Source: a virus
Taxonomy: Duplodnaviria > Caudoviricetes
Direction: 5' to 3' (one strand)
Length of the DNA stretch: 32,933 bases
IMG/VR virus record: IMGVR_UViG_3300046710_000106
Location: 1 to 32,933 of that record
A program made the translations under genes and the position numbers. The notes under the pieces are model-generated. The model made no database searches. It was not told the origin of the DNA and was given only the letters and a program-made list of their open reading frames with translations. Below, one piece after another: positions 8,267 to 16,480 of the stretch (its first letter is position 1; each line of letters starts with the position of its first letter).

Positions 8267-8449
8267 ATGTGGTGGACTATTGGTATTATTTGGGTTCTGC
8301 TGGCATTCGCAATGATTGTCCTATCAGGAATGACTGACCCTATGGGACGCACTGATCCCAAGCTATTTCTGTATTTCCCGGTGCTACCGGTCATGCTCCT
8401 CTTTGGCCTGGGGTACTACCTATACATGTTCCTCACCAGGAAAAGATAA
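8267..8449 (+). CDS. Small two-TM membrane protein
   Basis: AGGA SD; two hydrophobic segments, basic C-terminus. Confidence 0.6.
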   Translation: MWWTIGIIWVLLAFAMIVLSGMTDPMGRTDPKLFLYFPVLPVMLLFGLGYYLYMFLTRKR

Positions 8450-8629
8450 CTGATCGAGCATCGGGATCTTGAGGGCCATCCCCGGTCGGACGATCGAGGT
8501 TCCATTTAGTTCATTAAAAGCGAGTCGCAGCTCCGTCATCTCAGCGGGCGATAAATCAGGGCGCCCATGAAATTTGATCGCGGCGTCAATCGTTTGACCG
8601 GGCATAAACAGGTGGAGAGTGGTGCGCAT
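8420..8629 (-). CDS. Small LysM-like protein
   Basis: PGQTIDAAI...FNELNG..IVRPGMALKIP resembles LysM; fills the gap; only plausible minus-strand gene. Confidence 0.5.
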   Translation of the reverse strand: MRTTLHLFMPGQTIDAAIKFHGRPDLSPAEMTELRLAFNELNGTSIVRPGMALKIPMLDQLSFPGEEHV

Positions 8630-8705
8630 TAACAGGCATTAGCTGACAGATAGCGTATGTAGTCTTCTCGGTTGTAAATAGGTCACTTGACCTACGAGCA
8701 CTGAT

Positions 8706-10601
8706 ATGGCTGACAACTTCACTGAACTAAACACTCATGATCTATGGATCGCGGCCCGGCAGTTTGACCTTGACGTTAAACGCCCGACCCCCACGACCAT
8801 TGAGCTGACGATTCGACGTCCAATCCCACCTACCCCAGGGCACGTCACCGCAATTGTTGATGGCGCGGTGCTGCTGCTTGGTACTAAGGCGCAGACCCCT
8901 AATGGGTATCCTTCTGACGGCGTGCAGTACGCACCCGCAAGCACCTTGTATGGTGATCCGCTGGCGCCAACCATTAATGGTCTACAGGTGGTTGGGTTCT
9001 GGAGCAAGATCCTAAGTCTTCCATGGCCAGCTGGTACGGTCTCAGCTGATGGGCTATCGAACGAATTTACGGTCACAATCACTGGCACTGACCCAAATAC
9101 AATTTACTACGCATCAATCCATGCGGCCACAAACGTACTCCAGTACTATCCAATTGGCATTCAGTCATATCCGCTTGAATCATCACGTATTGAGAAGGAC
9201 AGCTCCGCATATGCTGGGTCGCTTCCATCTCTTCCTACAGCGCCAACATCACCAACACCTGGAATGGTGTACTACGATCAGCAGTTGAATCTTGTCCAGT
9301 ACTGGGACTCAACCCGAGCTGTTTGGATTCCAACCCGATCTGACATCATCCTGAGCGGGGAACAGAACCCAGGTGCACTTGGACAGACGTTGATGGTGCG
9401 GAACGTGCTCCGTACGTTCGATGGGAATGAGTGGGTTTCAGCTAGTTCAGCGAACATGCAAGTCAGACAAGGCGCTGGCTGGGTTCCAATGGGTGGGTTC
9501 TCGGTAAGTACCCTGATTCCAAATGCACCAGCTGTCGGTGACATTGTGTACAACTACACAACCTCGCGTGTTCAGTACTGGGACGGCACGATCTGGCAGA
9601 TCCCAACACCATCAAGCACACTGTTCACATCAGCAGTCTACGGGATCACGCCCGGCTTCGTTGGAACTTTTAGCGTCGAGGGAGTAGACCCAATTGCGCC
9701 GTATGTAGGGCTTTTGTTCTACAACACGAACCAGCGGCAGTTGAATGTTTGGAACGGCAGCACCTGGGAACACGCGAACACCGCACAGGCTGGCACCGCG
9801 ATCTCTGATAAAATTGGGATTGGTAATGACGGCTCATATGATGAGCGTGTTCGGTTGATCAACATCTTGAAGTCGCAGCTTGGGTATCCAACACAGTGCG
9901 TTGAGCTCACTGAAGAGCACTTCAATATCGCGATCGACAACGCACTCGACACCTATCGTCAGCTGTCAATCGGTGGGTATGAGCAACGGTTCTTCACGTT
10001 CTCGCTGATCAAGGACCAGACCGTGTACTTCTTGAACTCACCAGTTGACCGCACCGATGCGATCGTGCAGGTTCAGAAGGTCTGGCGGTTGAATCTGTTC
10101 GGCGTCACTGGTTCTGGCCCTGACAACACATGGGGGCAAGCGTTCGCACAGCAGTTCTACAACTATGCTGGCGCGGGCATGGACCTACTGAGCACGCACC
10201 TAGTGCACTCATGGTCAGAAGAGTTCACGAAGATCTTTGCGGGCGATATGCCGTTCGTCTGGAATGAAGCTCGCCGAGAGCTCACGCTGAAGCGTATGGT
10301 GCGGAACAATGAACGGGTCGTGCTTGAGGTTGAGCTTGAGCGCTCAGAGCAGGAGCTGTTGCTAGATCGTTGGTGCAAGCAGTTCATCCAGAACTGGGCA
10401 CTCGCGGAGTGCAAGGAAGTTCTAGGGTTGATTCGCTCAAAGTACTCAAGTGGTTCACCTGGGCCTGCTGGCACGATCACCTTGAACGGTGAGACCTTGT
10501 TGGCTGAAGCACGTCAAGACTTTACAGAGCTTAAGCAAGGGCTACTTGATTATGAGTACCATAACGCAGAACACGGGAATGTTTCTTTCCTGCTGGCGTG
10601 A
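8706..10601 (+). CDS. gp13: Neck protein (T4 gp13-like C-terminal domain) with long repeat-containing N-terminal extension
   Basis: LGYPTQCVELTEEHFNIAIDNAL...FIQNWALAECKEVLGLIRSKY...GTITLNGETLLAEA is the gp13 pattern; TAAATA at 8675. Confidence 0.8.
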   Translation: MADNFTELNTHDLWIAARQFDLDVKRPTPTTIELTIRRPIPPTPGHVTAIVDGAVLLLGTKAQTPNGYPSDGVQYAPASTLYGDPLAPTINGLQVVGFWSKILSLPWPAGTVSADGLSNEFTVTITGTDPNTIYYASIHAATNVLQYYPIGIQSYPLESSRIEKDSSAYAGSLPSLPTAPTSPTPGMVYYDQQLNLVQYWDSTRAVWIPTRSDIILSGEQNPGALGQTLMVRNVLRTFDGNEWVSASSANMQVRQGAGWVPMGGFSVSTLIPNAPAVGDIVYNYTTSRVQYWDGTIWQIPTPSSTLFTSAVYGITPGFVGTFSVEGVDPIAPYVGLLFYNTNQRQLNVWNGSTWEHANTAQAGTAISDKIGIGNDGSYDERVRLINILKSQLGYPTQCVELTEEHFNIAIDNALDTYRQLSIGGYEQRFFTFSLIKDQTVYFLNSPVDRTDAIVQVQKVWRLNLFGVTGSGPDNTWGQAFAQQFYNYAGAGMDLLSTHLVHSWSEEFTKIFAGDMPFVWNEARRELTLKRMVRNNERVVLEVELERSEQELLLDRWCKQFIQNWALAECKEVLGLIRSKYSSGSPGPAGTITLNGETLLAEARQDFTELKQGLLDYEYHNAEHGNVSFLLA

Positions 10602-10655
10602 CCGGGTTGATTCAAAACTGCCGAGCATGCTAAATACTCTAAACAAGGAGTTAGC

Positions 10656-11438
10656 ATGCAATCATCACCTATTAGAGCGTCACGCAGAACTTACCACATA
10701 ATCTACAAGACCACATGTCTCGTCACGGGCAAGTGGTACATTGGGATGCACTCCACCGATGACCTCAATGACGGATACATGGGATCTGGTCAACAGCTCC
10801 GGCGGTCAGTGAAGAAGCACGGCAGAGATCAACACAAGACCGATGTTCTGGAGTTCCTACCAGATCGTGAATCTCTGGGATTGCGTGAGGAAGAGCTCAT
10901 CACTAAGAAACTCATGGAAGACGAGCTTTGCATGAATCTCGCAACTGGTGGGCAAGGAAAGGTGGATCGTCCCCTAGTCACGAAAGAATCTACATCAGCA
11001 AAGCTTTCCGAAAAAAGCAAAGCGCTGTGGACCACCCGCCGCGAAGAGGGGTATACACCTCCACCCCAATCTTCAGCTTCAATCGCTAAGCGTGTTGCCA
11101 AGAACACCGGCAAGAAACGAACTCCAGCGCAACTTGCAAATCTTGCTCAAGGGCAGCAAGGGTACTACACCTCAGTAGACCATGAAGTTCTCAAAGAGCG
11201 TGGTCAGGCAGCAGCAAGGACCCGCGTCGAACGAGGTAGCAATCTTGGTGGTCGCCCAAAGGGTACTCCAATGTCTGAAGAACAGAAGGCACGGCAGTCG
11301 GCAGCGACGAAAGGGAAGTCACTTTCGGCTGAACATTGTGAAGCTCTGAGAAAACCAAAGATCCGTGCAGTTTGCCAGCATTGTGGTAAAGAAACGACTG
11401 TAGGCGCCCTGAAGAGGTATCATGCTGCCTGTTCCTAA
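10656..11438 (+). CDS. GIY-YIG (Seg-like) homing endonuclease with NUMOD3-like C-terminus
   Basis: IIYKTTCLVTGKWYIGMHST...GYMGSG; GKKRT, KGTPMSEEQK, KGKSLSAEH repeats. Confidence 0.9.
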   Translation: MQSSPIRASRRTYHIIYKTTCLVTGKWYIGMHSTDDLNDGYMGSGQQLRRSVKKHGRDQHKTDVLEFLPDRESLGLREEELITKKLMEDELCMNLATGGQGKVDRPLVTKESTSAKLSEKSKALWTTRREEGYTPPPQSSASIAKRVAKNTGKKRTPAQLANLAQGQQGYYTSVDHEVLKERGQAAARTRVERGSNLGGRPKGTPMSEEQKARQSAATKGKSLSAEHCEALRKPKIRAVCQHCGKETTVGALKRYHAACS

Positions 11439-11462
11439 ATAGATCTCATTTCGGATCTAAAC

Positions 11463-13313
11463 ATGGCAACTTTACCAATCACTGAATGCCCCGATGGCGC
11501 TGGCTCGCTGAACAACAGCGCGAACAAAGATTTGCTCGTAAACGGCATAAACAACAGCACGGTGGCGTTGAAGTACATTGCCCCTGAGCTTTGTGTCGGC
11601 GACAATGATCTCACCAACACGGGCGATGACGCCTATCAGGAACAGCTCGCCGCTGAGAACCTGATGATGAGCGGTGCTCCAGTTAACGTGTTCAAACTTC
11701 TTGGGGTGCATGAACAAGGGAAGCTTGTTGACGTAGTTGGAAATGGGAATGCGCTGAACGGCTCAGGTATCGTCTTTGATGGGCTCGCTGGATCTTGGAT
11801 CTCGCCACAAGCAGGACTAGCGGTGCTCACTACCCCTGCCTGGATTGGGTACGACTTTGGCATCGTGCGCACGAGCTATGGTCAGCCAATGAACGCCCCC
11901 GGCGCCCCAGCCGCTGAGCACATCACGTCACTTCGTATCTCGCAACCAACCACTGGGCGTCGCGCCCTTCAGGTGCGAGTTGATCGATCCAATGGCGGGT
12001 ACAAGCTTGGAAATGTTCTGTACACCGGCACTGGGAACGGAACTGTAACGGGGTTCACCCCTGGTACCGATGCGTCGCCAGGCACCCTGATGCTTGTGGC
12101 AGATAGTTCTACAACGTTCACGGCGTTTTTCACCGGTAGCACCACGGCGGTGGTCGGCGTTTGCACGGTCGGCGTACGGTTCAATGCTCCACAAGGATCA
12201 TTCACAGTTGCGGCCGGTACGACCCCATTTGTCAATGGTGATACATTCTCACTGCCAATCATCCTGGACTGGTACCGTGTAGACGTGGTGAACCTGCCAG
12301 ATACCCCAGCGGCGGCCATGATTCGGATCAAGCAATCATCCCCAAGTCGGTACTGGCGGCTCGTTCCAACCTCATTCTCAGGTGCCACAACAAATGAACC
12401 GTGGGAGGTAGAGAAGCTTGAGCTCTTCGACTACCAAGCTACAACACTCGATGACGTTCAAGATACGCTGTTCCTTGAGAACCGCGATCGTGATTATGCG
12501 GCTGCGAGCCAGGTTGTAAAGGTCTCGTATCAACCATTTGATGCGATCAGTGATCTGAGCAAGTTTGGCTTCCAAGTCGCAGATGTGTACACCTTCACGA
12601 CGGTGTACGCCCTAATGGTGAAGGTCCTTGGTCGACCAGTTGTGATCGGTGATGTGCTTGAAGTGCCAAGTGAAATGCAGTACGATCACAATCTTCACCC
12701 TGTGCGAAAGTTCCTTGAGGTCACTGACGTCTCGTGGGCCGCCGACGGGTACACTACACAATGGCGCCCAATCTTGTATCGCTTCCAAGCGTCACAGCTC
12801 ATTCCATCGCAGGAACACCGGGATCTACTTGGCACGGTCGATACCCAGAAGTACTCCGTTGACGACAGCGAGTTCTTCAGCGGGGTGCAGCAGATTCAGA
12901 CTGGGCTGCTCACCAGTACTGAGGCCACACAAGCTGAGGCAGTGGCAGCGGTGCCAGAAAAGGGCGAACAGAGCCGTGAGATTGCATCTGGCACGAACAT
13001 CTACCGTGAACCTGGTTCATACGACGGCACTGGGCCATACGTCGCCGATGCGCTACCACCTGATGGTCAAGCATACACCGAGGGGTTCAAGCTTCCTGAT
13101 GTTGGATCAGCAACTGATCGTCAGTTCTATCGGTTGAACTACGATCCAAAGCTCAAGATCGCTTCACGGCTGTACATGTTCAGCGCAATCAAGAACCAAT
13201 GGATCTGGGTTGAGACAGATAGACGTGGTGATCGGAACTCGCACAAGCCATCGCAGCGTGAGATCTTTGAACGCACACAGACAATGTCAATGACCACGAA
13301 GAAGATAACATGA
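11463..13313 (+). CDS. Neck/head-completion protein (gp14-like) with inserted discoidin-like domain
   Basis: Lies between gp13 and gp15; GAPVNVFKLLG...DDVQDTLFLENRDRDY...DLSKFG...LGRPVVIGDVLEVP motifs. Confidence 0.65.
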   Translation: MATLPITECPDGAGSLNNSANKDLLVNGINNSTVALKYIAPELCVGDNDLTNTGDDAYQEQLAAENLMMSGAPVNVFKLLGVHEQGKLVDVVGNGNALNGSGIVFDGLAGSWISPQAGLAVLTTPAWIGYDFGIVRTSYGQPMNAPGAPAAEHITSLRISQPTTGRRALQVRVDRSNGGYKLGNVLYTGTGNGTVTGFTPGTDASPGTLMLVADSSTTFTAFFTGSTTAVVGVCTVGVRFNAPQGSFTVAAGTTPFVNGDTFSLPIILDWYRVDVVNLPDTPAAAMIRIKQSSPSRYWRLVPTSFSGATTNEPWEVEKLELFDYQATTLDDVQDTLFLENRDRDYAAASQVVKVSYQPFDAISDLSKFGFQVADVYTFTTVYALMVKVLGRPVVIGDVLEVPSEMQYDHNLHPVRKFLEVTDVSWAADGYTTQWRPILYRFQASQLIPSQEHRDLLGTVDTQKYSVDDSEFFSGVQQIQTGLLTSTEATQAEAVAAVPEKGEQSREIASGTNIYREPGSYDGTGPYVADALPPDGQAYTEGFKLPDVGSATDRQFYRLNYDPKLKIASRLYMFSAIKNQWIWVETDRRGDRNSHKPSQREIFERTQTMSMTTKKIT

Positions 13314-13711
13314 AGATACGCGAACTTTTTGAGGATGTCGCTGATATGGTAGGCATCGATGATTTATTCATCTACCAAGACAACGTGCAGGCGGATCAGC
13401 GGCACATCAATAGTCTGGCAGCTGAGATGAAGGGTGGCGAGGACATCGAGCCAGTGCTCGTTGCGGCGCTTACACCGAAGCTTCGTAAAGAGCTGCAACG
13501 CATTCGAACGATGCACGATACCGAACCGCAGATGGCATCGTACAAGGGCACCATCTCTGATGAGCTGTTGAGCACAAAGAAAAAGTTCATCTTGCTCGAT
13601 GGTAATCATCGCTATCTGGCGGCGAAGAAGGCAGGAATAAAAAAGCTGCCATGCGAATTCATCACGAGTGCTGATGACGTTGTATCAATCATGCACAGCG
13701 GAGAAGTATGA
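13310..13711 (+). CDS. ParB/sulfiredoxin-fold protein with capsid-targeting-like N-terminus
   Basis: EPVLV...ILLDGNHRYLAAKKAGIKKLP; begins MKIRELFE. Confidence 0.75.
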   Translation: MKIRELFEDVADMVGIDDLFIYQDNVQADQRHINSLAAEMKGGEDIEPVLVAALTPKLRKELQRIRTMHDTEPQMASYKGTISDELLSTKKKFILLDGNHRYLAAKKAGIKKLPCEFITSADDVVSIMHSGEV

Positions 13712-13905
13712 TTACGTTCAAACAGTTTTTGGCTGAAGAAGCCCCAAAATATACGCTCGACAAGTTCTACGATCGCTCCATTCGGTCTTGGACCATCCTC
13801 TGCAAGGATAAGAATGATTATCAAGTCGGTGACGCGGTCCATGTGTATTCTCGCAAAGAGGCGGATGCAATCACGCTCGAAGATTTTGATCTACCAAAAG
13901 AATAA
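13708..13905 (+). CDS. Small putative internal head protein
   Basis: Begins MITFKQFLAEE, similar to the T4 IP capsid-targeting sequence MKTYQEFIAE. Confidence 0.6.
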   Translation: MITFKQFLAEEAPKYTLDKFYDRSIRSWTILCKDKNDYQVGDAVHVYSRKEADAITLEDFDLPKE

Positions 13906-13908
13906 TCT

Positions 13909-14847
13909 ATGATCCACACATACTTCTACGATGCGCAGCTCCGTGCATACATTGTTCAATTCATCGCGATCTTCAATGGGCTGCAGGTTCAGACCGGATA
14001 TGGCGAATGCAATGAGGCGCAGTTCATGAGCGTGCCCTGTGTAGTTGGCGCCAAGGATCGTGTTGTCGCTGCCCTCCTCGCAGGAAATACCCAGAACCGG
14101 ATGTTCAGTCTTCCAACAATGTCAGTTCATCTGCAGGCGTTAGCAGTCGCCAATGAACGTCGCAAGGTTCAGGCATACGTTGATCAGCGCGTCACAATGA
14201 AGGCAGGTGGAGTGTTCCCAGAGGACCTGACGGTCGTGAAGCGCGCAATGCCGGTTCCGTACAACGCAACCATGGAGCTCTCGATCTACACGTCAAATAC
14301 CCAACAGATGCATCAGATCCTTGAACAGATCCTGGTGTTGTTCAACCCCGATCTACAGATTCAGAAGTCAGATGCACCATTTGACTGGACGAAGATCACG
14401 AAGGTCGAGCTCACCGACATCTCAAATGAAGAGAACTATCCATCGGCCACCGATAAACGCATCATCCAATGGACGCTCCTGTTTGAGATGCCAATTTTCA
14501 TCAGCATTCCAATGGGTATCAGGGATGATCTGGTTCGTAAGATTATCATTCAAATTGGTACAGGCGCTTTGGACAGCGTGGTCGAGGTCGGTGAAGACGG
14601 AAATATCCAACCGTTCGGCGATCCAATCACGAAGATCGAGTTCGACAGTCGCCCACAGCCAACCCTAACTATGCTCGACTGTACATACACAGGAGACACC
14701 ATTCCGCAAACCCCGCAGCTCGAAGAGACCTGGTGGCGTGCCGCTCTTGGTAAAGCACTACGCTGGAACGGTGTGGAGTGGGTTGAGTTCTCGCAGTATC
14801 ATCGTCCACCTGAAGGCCCAGTTCCACCAGAGCCATTTCCACTATGA
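13909..14847 (+). CDS. gp15: Tail sheath stabiliser/terminator (T4 gp15-like)
   Basis: YFYDAQLRAYIVQFIAIF, LPTMS, MPVPYN..MELSIYT, QILEQILVLFNP, RIIQWTLLF. Confidence 0.85.
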   Translation: MIHTYFYDAQLRAYIVQFIAIFNGLQVQTGYGECNEAQFMSVPCVVGAKDRVVAALLAGNTQNRMFSLPTMSVHLQALAVANERRKVQAYVDQRVTMKAGGVFPEDLTVVKRAMPVPYNATMELSIYTSNTQQMHQILEQILVLFNPDLQIQKSDAPFDWTKITKVELTDISNEENYPSATDKRIIQWTLLFEMPIFISIPMGIRDDLVRKIIIQIGTGALDSVVEVGEDGNIQPFGDPITKIEFDSRPQPTLTMLDCTYTGDTIPQTPQLEETWWRAALGKALRWNGVEWVEFSQYHRPPEGPVPPEPFPL

Positions 14848-16397
14848 TCACGTTTAAAGAGTTCCTGTTCGAAAAGAAGATGACACCTGGCACGTATGCC
14901 TCGACCTTCAAGCGCCTGGAAGATGATGCAAAGATCGGCTTTGAGATTGAGGTCTTCGTTCCGGAAGGCACGTTCTTCCATGCTGGTCCAGACGAATCTC
15001 CTGGAAAGCGGGTCGCGCTGAAGGACATTGGTACATGGAGTGAGATCCAAACGTACTTCAACGTGACTAAACAGCAAGAGAGCGCGGTCATTGGGGACTT
15101 TACTGAGTGGCAGACAAACAAGGAAAAAGATTGGGTTGACGAAAATTGGCTCGACTTCGTAACTGATGAAGAGTCACGTTCAGCTGAGCGCGACGCTCGA
15201 AAACGAGCACTTCGTAAAACTGAGAACAAGTTCAGTTTTCACGAGTGGTTGGCCACGTTCAAAGGACTAGGCAACTTTCTAACAGCATATGATCTTGAGC
15301 CATCACATGGCTGGGCCGATGATGATCAAGTGCGTGCCGAGAAGCCGCAAGAACAAGGGTATGAGAGTGGCTTCAAGAACACCGCAGATCAACTCGCTGT
15401 CTATCTGTCACGTGCATTGAAGGAGAAGGTCGTTGTGAACGGCACCGGATATGCATCATGGAATTTGACACACGATACGTCGATCAAGGACAGTGAAGGT
15501 CGGTCAGATGAGGAGGACCAGGATGGATATGGCGTGGAGATTGTATCACCACCGCAACCACCATCGAAGGCACTGGAACAACTCGCTATCGTATTCGATA
15601 TTCTGAACAAGTATGATATTGAAACGAATGAAAGCACCGGGGTGCATGTGAATATCTCACTGGAGAATCTTGAGGCCTTTGACCCCCTGAAGCTCGTGTT
15701 GTTCATGGGTGATGAGCACATCTTGAAGAAATTTGATCGTACTACGAACACATTCACAAACTCGCAGCTTCGTCGAGTCGTTGACAGCATCTCCACAACT
15801 GGTAAGATCCCAAAGGCAGTTGATGAGTTGATAGCTCTTGGGCGCGAAGGGCTGAAAGAAACTGGGAAGTACTTCTCGGTGAACCTACTGCACCTTCCAA
15901 AGTACCTTGAGTTCCGTGCCGCAGGTGGGGCCGACTATCACAAACGGCTGCATGATATCCGTGAGGTAACTGGTCGATGGCTTACTGCAGTTGAGATCGC
16001 TGCGAAGCCAGACTTGTACCGTAAAGAATACCTAAAGAAGGTCATGAAGCTTATTGACAAGACTGGTGAAGCTGAGACGCGTGAATCACATAAGGACCTG
16101 ACGTTCCAACAGATGCTCTTTAAAACTGATGGCAAGATGGCGTGGGACATGCTGCAAGATGCACTGGCTGGCGATGATCCTGAATATAAGCTTCGCGCGG
16201 TTCGCGTCGTGCTGCTAACCCTGAACAGACATATTGACGATCTGCAACCCACGCTATCAAATATGAAGGAGTTCAGAGCAATGTTCAAGCAGGCTGGTGT
16301 TACGCCAAGTCAGGTGCTTGCAGATAAAGAACCAACACGAGCCCTTGCTATTGCTGAGGTGCTAAAGAAGTTCAAGCTGCAGGCAAAACCCGCCTGA
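14844..16397 (+). CDS. Putative amidoligase (COOH-NH2 ligase, Amidoligase_2-like) with capsid-targeting-like N-terminus
   Basis: IGFEIE, WNLTHDTSI, GVEIVSP, NESTGVHVNIS, KYFSVN, LEFR; begins MITFKEFLFE. Confidence 0.8.
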   Translation: MITFKEFLFEKKMTPGTYASTFKRLEDDAKIGFEIEVFVPEGTFFHAGPDESPGKRVALKDIGTWSEIQTYFNVTKQQESAVIGDFTEWQTNKEKDWVDENWLDFVTDEESRSAERDARKRALRKTENKFSFHEWLATFKGLGNFLTAYDLEPSHGWADDDQVRAEKPQEQGYESGFKNTADQLAVYLSRALKEKVVVNGTGYASWNLTHDTSIKDSEGRSDEEDQDGYGVEIVSPPQPPSKALEQLAIVFDILNKYDIETNESTGVHVNISLENLEAFDPLKLVLFMGDEHILKKFDRTTNTFTNSQLRRVVDSISTTGKIPKAVDELIALGREGLKETGKYFSVNLLHLPKYLEFRAAGGADYHKRLHDIREVTGRWLTAVEIAAKPDLYRKEYLKKVMKLIDKTGEAETRESHKDLTFQQMLFKTDGKMAWDMLQDALAGDDPEYKLRAVRVVLLTLNRHIDDLQPTLSNMKEFRAMFKQAGVTPSQVLADKEPTRALAIAEVLKKFKLQAKPA

Positions 16398-16480
16398 TCT
16401 GGGCGCCAGATCCAGCCAGGTCCTAAATACCAAGAATAAAAAACAAAAGGTCTTTTGACCCAACAGTAGGAGTAGCAAAT

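Noticed and set aside
13310-13711. ParABS partition system
   Set aside because: Only the ParB/Srx catalytic-type domain is present, with no HTH, no ParA-type Walker A neighbour and no parS array; it sits in a late structural operon.
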